From: an uncultured Rhabdothermincola sp.
GTDB lineage: Bacteria; Actinomycetota; Acidimicrobiia; Acidimicrobiales; Acidimicrobilacustridaceae
Reading direction: 5' to 3'
DNA: 64,000 bases
NCBI GenBank assembly: GCA_964525005.1
Contig: CAZGEF010000002.1
Span: 183-64,182, forward strand
This document shows, piece after piece, positions 43,422 to 52,679 of the stretch (position 1 is its first letter; each line of letters begins with the position of its first letter). Both the position numbers and the translations under genes were made by a program. The notes beneath the pieces were generated by a model. The model worked only from the letters and a program-made list of their open reading frames with translations. It did no database searches and was not told the DNA's origin.

Positions 43422-44456
43422 TCACTGCGACGCGGTGGGTCCGGACTTCTCGTCGTGGCCGCCGAACTCCTTGCGCATGGCCGACAGGATCTTGTCGGCG
43501 AAGTCGGCCTCGCCCCGCGATGTGAAGCGGGCGAACAGCGCGCTGCTGAGCACCTCGGCCGGCACACCCTCGTCGACCGCGGCGAGCACGGTCCACCGTC
43601 CCTCACCCGAGTCGCTCACCCGACCACCGAAGGCGTCGAGCTGCGGATCGGCGTTGAGCGCCGAGGCGGTGAGGTCGAGCAGCCACGAGGCGATGACCGA
43701 ACCGCGCCGCCACACCTCGGCCACCTCGGCGATGTCGATGTCGTAGCGGTAGTGCTCGGGATGGCGCAGCGGTGTCGTCTCGGCGTCCTGCTCGTGGTCG
43801 AGCTTGCCCACGTTGGCGTGCTTGATGACGTTGAGCCCCTCGGCGTAGGCGGCCATGAGGCCGTACTCGATGCCGTTGTGGACCATCTTCACGAAGTGGC
43901 CCGCGCCGTTGGGGCCGGTGTGGAGATAGCCGAGCTCGGCGGGCGACGGGTCGCCCGTGCGCCCCGGCGTGCGGTCGATGTCGCCGAGGCCCGGGGCCAG
44001 GGAGCGGAAGATCGGGTCGAGGCGGGCGACGGCCTCGTCCTCGCCCCCGATCATGAGGCAGTAGCCGCGCTCGAGCCCGAACACCCCACCGCTCGTGCCG
44101 ACGTCGAGGTAGTGGATGCCCTTCGGAGCCAGCGCCTGCGCCCGGGCGATGTCGTCGTGGTAGTAGCTGTTGCCGCCGTCGACGATCACGTCGTCGGGCG
44201 AGAACAGGTCGCCGAGCTCGTCGACCGTGTCGCCCGTGAAGGCGGCGGGCACCATGACCCACGCGGCGCGGGGCGCCTCCAGCTTGGCGGTGAGGTCCTC
44301 CAGGCTGGACGCGCCGGTGATGGCGTCGTTCGTCGCCGCCAGCGACGTGACGGCCTCCGCGTTCACGTCGTAGACCACGCAGGTGTGTCCGTCGGCGACC
44401 AGGCGCTGCACCATGTTGGCGCCCATACGCCCGAGTCCGACCATGCCGAGCTGCAT
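43422..44456 (-). CDS. gnd: 6-phosphogluconate dehydrogenase (decarboxylating), short Gnd/GntZ-like form
   Basis: Contains [54 protein letters not shown] and [10 protein letters not shown]. Confidence 0.92.
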   Translation of the reverse strand: MQLGMVGLGRMGANMVQRLVADGHTCVVYDVNAEAVTSLAATNDAITGASSLEDLTAKLEAPRAAWVMVPAAFTGDTVDELGDLFSPDDVIVDGGNSYYHDDIARAQALAPKGIHYLDVGTSGGVFGLERGYCLMIGGEDEAVARLDPIFRSLAPGLGDIDRTPGRTGDPSPAELGYLHTGPNGAGHFVKMVHNGIEYGLMAAYAEGLNVIKHANVGKLDHEQDAETTPLRHPEHYRYDIDIAEVAEVWRRGSVIASWLLDLTASALNADPQLDAFGGRVSDSGEGRWTVLAAVDEGVPAEVLSSALFARFTSRGEADFADKILSAMRKEFGGHDEKSGPTASQ

Positions 44457-44610
44457 CGCATCGCTCCTTGTGTGCCTGGCGCGGGTCCGCGCCCGGGTCA
44501 TCCTGTCGCACCACGACGACACGTGCGTCCACCGGCGAGTATTTTTCTCGCCGACCGATCTCACCGCCGAACGAACTCGAGAGCCCACGAGCGATGGCGA
44601 ACGCCCCCAC

Positions 44611-44682
44611 CACACGAACCCGTACGAGCACACGAACCCGTACGAGCACACGAACCCGTACGAGCACATGAACCCGTACGAG
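44611..44682 (+). repeat. 4 x 18-bp tandem repeat across the start codon of the J-domain gene
   Basis: cacacgaacccgtacgag x3, then cacatgaacccgtacgag. Only the last unit carries ATG (44668); the other three have ACG. Confidence 0.95.
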
Positions 44683-45393
44683 GTCCTGGGCATCGACCCC
44701 CAGGCGACCCCCGACGAGATCGAGGCCGCGTACCATCGCCGTCTTCGGGCCTGCCATCCCGACCTGCACTGGGCCGACGGCCCCGAAGCCGTGACCCGGG
44801 CCGAGGAGCAGACGCGCGCCGTCACCGCGGCGATGGCCCAGCTGCGCCGCCAGTGGGACCAGGGTCCGAGGTTCTCCTCGCCGCCCGGGTCGAGCCGCGG
44901 CGGACCGGGGCCCGGGTCGGCGTCGGGAGCGTGGACCGACGGCACCAGCGCCGACGATGCGTGGGACCGGGGCACCAGAGACCAGCACGAGTCCTGGAGC
45001 AACTTCGGCTACACCCCCGATGCGGACCACGACTGGTTCGGCAACCCCGTCGACCGCCGGGTCCGGGCCGACCACGTCGACTGCCCGCTGTGCGGTGAGC
45101 GCTACGACGACCCCAACGCGTACCGGTACCACCTGGCATCGGTCCACGAGGTCGGCGATCCCGAACGGAGCTTCATCCCCGAGACCGGGGTGTCGTTCCT
45201 CGCCGGCAAGGGCGCTTGGCTCGGCTGGGTCCCGTGGCCGGCCTTCTGGTTCGGCATCGCGCTGATCTTCTACTGGACCGTGGCGATCGCCCTCCTCCCG
45301 ACGTTGCTCCTCCGCGCCACCGCCATCTGGCTCGGGGTGTTCGGCTACCTCGTGCTGCTCCGCCTCGCCTTCAAGCATCGACGAGCCCGCTGA
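44668..45393 (+). CDS. J-domain protein with a C2H2-type zinc-finger motif and two C-terminal TM helices
   Basis: Starts [34 protein letters not shown] (HPD). Contains [22 protein letters not shown] (C-x2-C-x12-H-x4-H). The hydrophobic tail is [44 protein letters not shown]. Confidence 0.72.
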   Translation: MNPYEVLGIDPQATPDEIEAAYHRRLRACHPDLHWADGPEAVTRAEEQTRAVTAAMAQLRRQWDQGPRFSSPPGSSRGGPGPGSASGAWTDGTSADDAWDRGTRDQHESWSNFGYTPDADHDWFGNPVDRRVRADHVDCPLCGERYDDPNAYRYHLASVHEVGDPERSFIPETGVSFLAGKGAWLGWVPWPAFWFGIALIFYWTVAIALLPTLLLRATAIWLGVFGYLVLLRLAFKHRRAR

Positions 45394-45421
45394 ACCCGGG
45401 GCCGATGGGTAGGGTGCGCCG

Positions 45422-46336
45422 ATGGAGACCTACGACGAGTTCGCCCTCCTGCCCGACAACGCCCGCGAGGTCGGGCTCCCCCCGGAGACCGCCGAGCGGG
45501 CCGAGGTGCGCCGGGTCTCGGTCGAGGGGCCCTCGGGCCACGACGTCAGCGCCATCGTCTGGGGGGCTGAGCCGGCCCAGGTGGTCTTCCTCCACGGCGG
45601 CGCCCAGAACGCCCACACCTGGGACACGACCGTCCTGGCGCTGGGGATCCCCGCCCTGGCCATCGACCTGCCCGGCCACGGCCACTCGGCCTGGCGACCG
45701 GACAAGGCCTACCTACCGCACGAGATGGCCGGCGACGTCGCGTTCGCCGTCGAACAGCTCGCTCCGCAGGCCACCACCATCGTCGGGATGTCGCTCGGCG
45801 GACTCACCGCGGTGTCGGTGCTCGCGTCGAGGCCCGACCTGGCCGACCGACTCGTGCTCGTCGACATCACGCCGGGGGTCGACCAGGAGAAGGCGGAACC
45901 GATCATCTCGTTCGTCGCCGGTCCCGAGGTGTTCGAGAGCTTCGACGCGCTGCTCGAACGGACCGTCGCGTTCAACCCCACGCGCTCCGAGTCGTCGCTG
46001 CGCCGCGGCCTGCTCCACAACGCCCGGCCCCGCGACGACGGCACGTGGGTGTGGCGCTACGACCGGTTCTCCCACGGCCGGGCCGGCATCGAGGAGCAGG
46101 CCGGTGCGCTCGACACCCGGTTCACCGACCTGTGGGAGGCGCTCGGTTCGCTGACCCAGCCCATCGTCCTGCTCCGTGGCAGCCGGTCGGGCGTGGTCGA
46201 CGACGACGACGTCGCCGAGCTCCGGCGCCGCCAACCGACGGTGGAGGTCCACGTGGTCGACGACGCCGGCCACAGCATCCAGGGCGACCGACCCGTCGAG
46301 CTCGCGGCGAGGATCAGGGCCGTCCACCACCGCTGA
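45422..46336 (+). CDS. Alpha/beta-fold hydrolase
   Basis: Contains VVFLHGGAQNAHTW, the nucleophile elbow VGMSLGG and a C-terminal DDAGHSIQGD. Confidence 0.85.
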   Translation: METYDEFALLPDNAREVGLPPETAERAEVRRVSVEGPSGHDVSAIVWGAEPAQVVFLHGGAQNAHTWDTTVLALGIPALAIDLPGHGHSAWRPDKAYLPHEMAGDVAFAVEQLAPQATTIVGMSLGGLTAVSVLASRPDLADRLVLVDITPGVDQEKAEPIISFVAGPEVFESFDALLERTVAFNPTRSESSLRRGLLHNARPRDDGTWVWRYDRFSHGRAGIEEQAGALDTRFTDLWEALGSLTQPIVLLRGSRSGVVDDDDVAELRRRQPTVEVHVVDDAGHSIQGDRPVELAARIRAVHHR

Positions 46337-46361
46337 GGAACCCGGCCCCGTCAGAACAGGG

Positions 46362-46943
46362 TCAGCCCTCCTGGGTCTGACCCTGGTCCCCGAAGCCCCC
46401 TCCGGCCGAACCCCCGCCGGACGGATCCACCGAGGACGGCGTGTCGGAGGTGGGGTCGGTGCTCGCCTGCGGCGTGCACGACGGCACCCCGAGCTCGGTG
46501 GCGGCGGCGGTGACCTTGTCGGTCTCGACGTTGAGCGCGGCGCCGGCCGTTCCCGACGTGGCGGTCGGGTCGGCCAGCAGGGCGTCGGCCAGCTCGTTGA
46601 GCGCTTCGGCTTGGCGTGCCAGCGCGTCGAGGAGGTCGTCGACGGTGTCGGATCCCTCATCGGGGCTGCCCAGGTCGCCGATGCGCGCGACCTGGATGCC
46701 GATCGACACGGCCCGGGCCCGGATCGGCACCGCGGGGTTGCCCGCGCCCGTCACCGGTTGGTCGGCCTCGGCCTCCTGACGGACCGCGATGCAGACCGCG
46801 TCGGCCTGACGCTGCCAGTCGGCGAGGGGAAGGTCCGACGACGACGCTCCGCCCCCTCCGCACCCGACGAGGGCGACCCCGAAGGTGGCACCGATCAGCA
46901 CGGCGGCGAGCCGGCACCGTGAGGTGGAGCGGTGGCGAAGCAC
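46362..46943 (-). CDS. Hypothetical lipoprotein
   Basis: Leader RCRLAAVLIGATFGVALVGCGGGG (lipobox LVGC). GTG start assumed at 46943. No family recognised. Confidence 0.55.
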   Translation of the reverse strand: MLRHRSTSRCRLAAVLIGATFGVALVGCGGGGASSSDLPLADWQRQADAVCIAVRQEAEADQPVTGAGNPAVPIRARAVSIGIQVARIGDLGSPDEGSDTVDDLLDALARQAEALNELADALLADPTATSGTAGAALNVETDKVTAAATELGVPSCTPQASTDPTSDTPSSVDPSGGGSAGGGFGDQGQTQEG

Positions 46944-46997
46944 CCGAGGAGGGTAGTGCCTCGTCGCCGGAGGCCCTCGCACCAGGTCGACGAGCGG

Positions 46998-49514
46998 TCA
47001 GGGGGACGCGGCGGCGAACGGCTCGTCGAACCACTTCTCGACCAGCTCGGCCGGACCGGGACGAGCGTGGAAGAAGCCTTGGGCCAGCCCGCAGCCCAAG
47101 GTGGCGAGCAGATCGAGCTGTCGACGCGTCTCCACGCCCTCGGCCACGACGTCGAGGCCGAGGGTCTGGGCCATGCCCACGATCATCGTGACGATCGACG
47201 CGTCGCGTCCGGTCGTCCCCAACTGCGAGACGAAGCTCTGGTCGATCTTGACGACGTCGATGGGGAACCGGCAGAGGTAGGTGAGCGACGAGTAGCCCGT
47301 GCCGAAGTCGTCGAGGCTCAGACCGGCTCCGATGAGCTTGAGGCGCTCGAGCACCGAGGTGGCCGAATCGACGTCGCGCAGCAGGATCGACTCGGTGATC
47401 TCGAGGTGGAGCCCGGCGGGATCCGCCCCCGCATCGGAGAGGTGGTGCTCCACCCGCTCGACGAGGTCGACCTCGCTGAGCTGGTACCCCGAGAGGTTCA
47501 CCGACACGACGATGTCGGGGTCGACCTGCTGCCATCGGGCGAGTTGCGCGCACGCGTCGCTCAGCAGCCGGTTGCCGAGGCTCCCGACGAGCCCGCTCTC
47601 CTCGGCCAGCGGGATGAAGTTGCTCGGTGGGAGCAGTCCGAGCGCCGGGTGGTTCCAACGGGCAAGCGCCTCGAAGCCGCGGAGCCGCCCGTCGGCGACA
47701 CCCACCACCGGCTGGTAGTGGAGCTCGAACTCGCCCCGGTCGATGCCGTAGCGCAACGCCACCTCGAGCTTGTGGCGGGACTCGACGAGGCTCCGCATCT
47801 CGGAGTCGAAGATCTCGATGCGGTCGTCCGAGCGTTCCTTCGCCCGGCGCATCGCCACATCGCCGTTGCTGATCAGCGTCTCGCCGTCGACCACGTCGGA
47901 CGCGGCGAACGCGATGCCGACCGGCGACGAGAGGAAGACCTCCTCGGTGCGGACGTGGAAGGGCTCTGACATCGCCGCGGCTGCTCGCTCCGCGACGGAC
48001 ACGACCTCGTTGATCGTCGCCCGGTCGTCGACCAGCGCGACGAACTGGCCGCCGACGAGCCGGGCGAGGGTCGTGCCCCGCCCGAGGACGTCCTGCAGTC
48101 GGATGACGCCTTCACGCAGGACCTCGTCAGCCGCGGTGTGCCCGAGGCTCCCGATGACCATCTCGATCCGTTCGAGCTCGAAGAAGAGCACGGCGACCGA
48201 GTGCTCGCGCCGATCGGTCCGGGAGAGGGCGCGTTCGACCTGGGCGAGGAACAGCGCCCGGTTCGGGAGCCCCGTGAGCTGGTCGTGGGTCGCCTGGTGC
48301 TCGAGCGCCCGCTCGAAGGCCCGGCGCTCGGAGATGTCCCGCATCATCCCGGTGACCAGCGGGCCCGCGCTGGTGGCCACGCGGGTGAACCGGACCTCCA
48401 CCGGAACCTCCTCGCCTTCGGGCCGCACGACGGCCACCTCGATGACCGGGTCCGAGGTCGCCCGCAGGACCGGTCCCGATGCCTCCACCGCCGACGCGAC
48501 GCGCGCCACGTCGTGATCGGCCACGAAGTCCGTGAGATGACGACCGATGGCGAGGTCCGAGTCGACGCCGAAGATGCGTTCCGCCGCCGCGTTGAACTCG
48601 ACGATCGTCCCGTTCCCGTCGCAGGTGACGATGCCTTCCGCCGCCGACTCGAGGATGGCCCGGGTCCGCTCGTCGCTCTCGCGCAGACGCTCGGCGGCCA
48701 CGAGCGACTCCGTGATGTCGGCCACCGTCGCCATGATGCGCTCTCCCTGGCCGGAGTCGGCGAGGACGACGGGCCGGCTGCGCACCCAGCGCACGGTGCC
48801 GTCCGGTCGGGTCACCCGATGCGAGATGTGGCCACCGCGGTGTCCCGCCAGGATCTGCTGCGCCGAGACGGCGACGAAGTCCCGCTCCGACTCCGGGATG
48901 TACTCGTCCCACTCGTGCCCGACCAGATCGTCGCGCGGGATGCCCTGCAGCTCCGCCACGACCGGGTTGGCGTACTCGACGCGGCCTTCCTCGTCGATCA
49001 CGATGATCCCTATGGGCGACGACTCGGCCAGGAGCCGAAACCTCCGCTCGGTGCGCTCGACCTCCCGGCGGCCTTGTTCCGCCCTCGTCTCGTCGGTGGT
49101 GTCGATCGCGATGGCGACGGCGCCCTCACCGGGCCGATGGACCGAGTACACGAGGAACGAGAACGGCTCGCCGTCGGTGTGGCCCTCGACCACGTGTGAA
49201 GCCGGCGAACCGTCCTCGGTCTCGACGAAGTAGGCCGCGCCGGAGTCACCGAAGTCCTTGACGTCGAGTCCGACGCCCTCGTCGTCGTCGAGGTCGAACC
49301 GGGCCAGGCCTCGACCGTACGAATGGGTGAAGCGCCCGTCCTCGTCGATGGCCCACACCACGATCGGGAGCTCGCGGCAGAGCCGGCGCAGCGACGCGAT
49401 CGACTCGTCGTCGCTGCCCAGCACCAACTGCACGAGCGCGGCAGCGAAGCCCGTGGGGTCGTCCTCGAGCGGCGCGCCCGGGCCGACGTGCAAGATCTCG
49501 GAGACCTTCGCCAT
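46998..49514 (-). CDS. PAS(x3)-GGDEF-EAL cyclic-di-GMP signalling protein; degenerate GGDEF, intact EAL
   Basis: The GGDEF position reads RLVGGQFVAL. The EAL domain has GFEALARW, DDFGTGYSSL and KIDQSFV. Confidence 0.9.
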   Translation of the reverse strand: MAKVSEILHVGPGAPLEDDPTGFAAALVQLVLGSDDESIASLRRLCRELPIVVWAIDEDGRFTHSYGRGLARFDLDDDEGVGLDVKDFGDSGAAYFVETEDGSPASHVVEGHTDGEPFSFLVYSVHRPGEGAVAIAIDTTDETRAEQGRREVERTERRFRLLAESSPIGIIVIDEEGRVEYANPVVAELQGIPRDDLVGHEWDEYIPESERDFVAVSAQQILAGHRGGHISHRVTRPDGTVRWVRSRPVVLADSGQGERIMATVADITESLVAAERLRESDERTRAILESAAEGIVTCDGNGTIVEFNAAAERIFGVDSDLAIGRHLTDFVADHDVARVASAVEASGPVLRATSDPVIEVAVVRPEGEEVPVEVRFTRVATSAGPLVTGMMRDISERRAFERALEHQATHDQLTGLPNRALFLAQVERALSRTDRREHSVAVLFFELERIEMVIGSLGHTAADEVLREGVIRLQDVLGRGTTLARLVGGQFVALVDDRATINEVVSVAERAAAAMSEPFHVRTEEVFLSSPVGIAFAASDVVDGETLISNGDVAMRRAKERSDDRIEIFDSEMRSLVESRHKLEVALRYGIDRGEFELHYQPVVGVADGRLRGFEALARWNHPALGLLPPSNFIPLAEESGLVGSLGNRLLSDACAQLARWQQVDPDIVVSVNLSGYQLSEVDLVERVEHHLSDAGADPAGLHLEITESILLRDVDSATSVLERLKLIGAGLSLDDFGTGYSSLTYLCRFPIDVVKIDQSFVSQLGTTGRDASIVTMIVGMAQTLGLDVVAEGVETRRQLDLLATLGCGLAQGFFHARPGPAELVEKWFDEPFAAASP

Positions 49515-49611
49515 CGCCCACCTCCTCGCTCGAGCGACTCTCCCCCCATGCAGCGCCGCACCCGGAAAGCTAGTGCGCGACGCGCGACGACGCGTTCCGG
49601 ACCGGCGCGCC

Positions 49612-51285
49612 CTACGACGCGATCCAGGTCTCGGTCAGGTAGGGCTGGGTGCTGCGCCGGGCCAACTGGCCTGTCGGCAGGGTCGTCCGCAACCCGAACA
49701 CGTCGTCGGCGTAGATGACCGCCGATCGGTTCCGCAGCACGAAGGTGACGTTCAGGTTCTCGTTGAGCCGGTTCTGGATGATGCCCCACTGCTCGAGCTG
49801 CGCCCCGTGGTCCGTGGTCGTGCGGATCGTGTCGAGCGCCTGCTGGATCTCGGGATCGGCGTACCGCGAGAAGTTGAGCGCGATCTCACCGACGGGGCCC
49901 ACCGTCGTGCTCGCGATGAACACCGAATCGATCCACGGCTCGCCGAAGGTGACGAGGCCGGACGCCTCGTAGGTGCCGAGCAGCGCGTTGGCGATGAGCT
50001 CGGCCTCCTTCATCAGGTTGATCTCCATCTCGATGCCGAACGCGCGCACCTGCTCCTGGGCCAGCTCGCCCACGGCGCGGAACTCCGTCGTGGACGGCAG
50101 GTTGAGGCTGAACCGCAGGGGATGGCCGTACGTCGCCTCGTACTCGGCGGCGAGCTGCGTGGCGAGCTCGGGGTCGTAGCCCGGAGCGGGGTCGCCCGCG
50201 TGGTAGCCCGAGCGCTCGCCGAACAGACCGCTGGCCGGGGGGAACAGGCCCAGGTAGACCGACTCCGAGGTCTGCGCCTTGTCCCACGCGGCCACGACGA
50301 GCCGTCGGGCCAACAGGTCGTCGAAGGGCGCGGTGGTCGTGTTGAAGCCGACGAACTGCACCGAGGCCTCGTCGAGCTCGTTCGAGTACATCTGCACCTC
50401 GCCCCGCTCGGCCGCCGCGACGAAGTGCCCGATCATGGCGGGGTCGAAGGACTCGACGACGTCCACACCGCCCTGGTCCATGGTGGCGGTGCGCGAGCTC
50501 GGGTCGGCCAGGACGGAGAACTCGACGCGGTCGAGGTAGGGCAGCTGCACGCCACGGGCATCGGTGCGCCAGTAGGTCGGGTTGCGGTTCACCCGCAGCC
50601 CACGGTCGCGCTCCCATGCCTCGAACACGAACGGGCCCGTGCCGATCGGGTGCTCCGAGGGCGTCGCCGACCGGATCTGCTCGGGAGCCACGATCGCCCC
50701 CGACTGCGACGAGAGCGAGTAGGGCAGGGTGGACCAGGGCCGGTCGAGGTGCACTCGCACCGTGAGGTGATCGAGGACCTCGACGTTCGTGATCGCCTGG
50801 TAGTCCGACAGCAGGACCGACTGCGGCAATCGGTCGAGGTTCATCTTGAGCACGGCGGCGTCGAGCTCCTCGCCGTTGTGGAAGCTGATGCCCGACCGCA
50901 CCTCGATGTCCCACACGGTGAAGTCGGCGTTGGGCCTCAGCGACGAGGCGAGGAACGGTTGCGCCTCCTGGTCCTCGTCGATGACGGTGAGCCGGTCGAA
51001 GATCGCACGGCTGACGATCGACCCCGACGAAGCCCACTGGCTCGACACCGGGTCCCAGCCCGAGTTGGTCTCGGCACCCAGACCGAAGCGCAGCGTTCCC
51101 CCCGGCACCGGATCCGACGGCGGTTCCCGCACGAGCGCGACGTCGGTGGTGACCGTCGAGCCCTCGGGGTCCCCGTCACCGGCTCCGCCGCGGCAGGCGA
51201 CGAGGCCGACGACCAAGCCGCTGACCAACATGACGACCGGGACGAAGCGAGCACGAGGACCGCGGGTCGGGTGGCGGGTGGTCAT
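49612..51285 (-). CDS. ABC transporter substrate-binding lipoprotein, family 5 (peptide/nickel/opine type)
   Basis: Starts MTTRHPTRGPRARFVPVVMLVSGLVVGLVACRGG (lipobox). Contains GTLRFGLGAE and typical SBP_bac_5 segments. The upstream part of the track ORF is not coding. Confidence 0.85.
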   Translation of the reverse strand: MTTRHPTRGPRARFVPVVMLVSGLVVGLVACRGGAGDGDPEGSTVTTDVALVREPPSDPVPGGTLRFGLGAETNSGWDPVSSQWASSGSIVSRAIFDRLTVIDEDQEAQPFLASSLRPNADFTVWDIEVRSGISFHNGEELDAAVLKMNLDRLPQSVLLSDYQAITNVEVLDHLTVRVHLDRPWSTLPYSLSSQSGAIVAPEQIRSATPSEHPIGTGPFVFEAWERDRGLRVNRNPTYWRTDARGVQLPYLDRVEFSVLADPSSRTATMDQGGVDVVESFDPAMIGHFVAAAERGEVQMYSNELDEASVQFVGFNTTTAPFDDLLARRLVVAAWDKAQTSESVYLGLFPPASGLFGERSGYHAGDPAPGYDPELATQLAAEYEATYGHPLRFSLNLPSTTEFRAVGELAQEQVRAFGIEMEINLMKEAELIANALLGTYEASGLVTFGEPWIDSVFIASTTVGPVGEIALNFSRYADPEIQQALDTIRTTTDHGAQLEQWGIIQNRLNENLNVTFVLRNRSAVIYADDVFGLRTTLPTGQLARRSTQPYLTETWIAS

Positions 51286-51298
51286 CGGGTGCCCGAGA

Positions 51299-52630
51299 TC
51301 AGCCGACGCGTTCTCCCGACGCGTCGATCGTCGTGTCACCCTCGACGTCGTCTTCGGACTCCACGTGGACCGCGGCACCGGGCAGCGCCGAGTCGGGGGG
51401 TTCGACGTCGGCGACGTCGACGCCCGCGAGGTACTGGTTGTGAACGGCGGACAGGTAGCGGTGGATCGCGACGACCAGCCGCCGGGTCCGCTGCGACGAG
51501 AAGACGTCGAAGGCGTGCTGGGCGCCGCGCAGCTCGAGGTAGTGCACCGAGGACTCGGAGGTCTCACCGAGCATCTTGGCCAGCAGGCGGGCGTCTTGGA
51601 CCGGGGCGAGCGTGTCGTTGTCGCCGTGGATGATGAAGAACGGCGGGGCGTCGGCCCGGACGTGGTCGAGCGGCGACGCCGCGGCGAACGCTTCGGGGTG
51701 ATCGACGAAGAACTCCTTGACGACCAGAGGTTCGAGGACCCACGGGAGGAACTCCGGGGGCATCACGCCCTGCCGGTCGGTGAAGTCGTACACGCCGTAG
51801 AGCGGCACCGCGACCTGGACCGACGTGTCGGCGTCCTCGATGCCCGGCTGGAGCTCGGGGTCGTTCGCGGTGAGCGCCATCATCGCGGTGAGGTGGCCCC
51901 CGGCCGATCCACCGGTGACGACGACGAAGTTCGGATCGACGTCGTAGTCGTCGGCGTGCTCACGGATCCACGCCAGGGCGTACTTGATGTCGACCAGGTG
52001 GTCGGGCCACGTGGCACCGGGGCTCAGTCGGTAGTTGGCGTTGAAGCCGACCCATCCCCGCATGGACAGGTACTTGAGCAGCGGCAGGCCCTGCTCGCGC
52101 TTGTCGCCGATGATCCAGGCCCCGCCGTGGATCTGGAGGACGGCAGGACGTCGGACGCCGTCGGGCGCCGGGTCGGAGGGCAGGGTGACGTCGAGCTTCA
52201 TCTCACGCCCCGCGACACGGCGGTAGGTGAGGTCGCGGACCTTGTGGACCCGGGCCTTGTCGACCTGGACGGGGCTGTCGTCGACCTCGCCCAGCGCCGC
52301 GAGGGCGAGCGCGGTGGTCGCCCGGCTCCGGAAGACCAGGACGACCAGCCCGATGAGGTTGACGGCGCAGACCACGAGGCCGATCCAGCCCGTCGGGTGA
52401 TCGAGGACACCGAGCTGGACGAAGACCGCCACACCGATGATCTCGGTGATGACGTGCACCCACGCGAGCTCGATGGTGAGCCAGGACGCGAAGAAGCTCG
52501 GGACGAACAGGACCTTGCTGCGTCGGCTGGGACGGAAGGCGTTGAGGATGAAGATCCCGGCGACGACGCTGAGCGCCAGGAAGAGCCATGCGGCGATCAT
52601 CGACCCATTGTGCCCGATCCGGCACCCCAT
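51299..52630 (-). CDS. Membrane-anchored alpha/beta hydrolase, HSL-type esterase/lipase
   Basis: N-terminal TM helices, the HGGAW oxyanion motif, GGSAGGH at the nucleophile and a C-terminal HGDND. An alternative start is at 52600 (MIAAWLF..). Confidence 0.85.
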   Translation of the reverse strand: MGCRIGHNGSMIAAWLFLALSVVAGIFILNAFRPSRRSKVLFVPSFFASWLTIELAWVHVITEIIGVAVFVQLGVLDHPTGWIGLVVCAVNLIGLVVLVFRSRATTALALAALGEVDDSPVQVDKARVHKVRDLTYRRVAGREMKLDVTLPSDPAPDGVRRPAVLQIHGGAWIIGDKREQGLPLLKYLSMRGWVGFNANYRLSPGATWPDHLVDIKYALAWIREHADDYDVDPNFVVVTGGSAGGHLTAMMALTANDPELQPGIEDADTSVQVAVPLYGVYDFTDRQGVMPPEFLPWVLEPLVVKEFFVDHPEAFAAASPLDHVRADAPPFFIIHGDNDTLAPVQDARLLAKMLGETSESSVHYLELRGAQHAFDVFSSQRTRRLVVAIHRYLSAVHNQYLAGVDVADVEPPDSALPGAAVHVESEDDVEGDTTIDASGERVG

Positions 52631-52679
52631 GCACCCGGCGGCACTGGTCCCGCGTCGCGCGCCGCGTCAGACTCTGAGC

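Noticed and set aside
52629-52679. ATG at 52629 as the WS/DGAT start
   Set aside because: It would overlap the divergent esterase start codon (52630) back-to-back, leaving no promoter space. The conserved WS/DGAT N-terminus (LSGLDAFF) begins right after GTG 52680. This remains an alternative.
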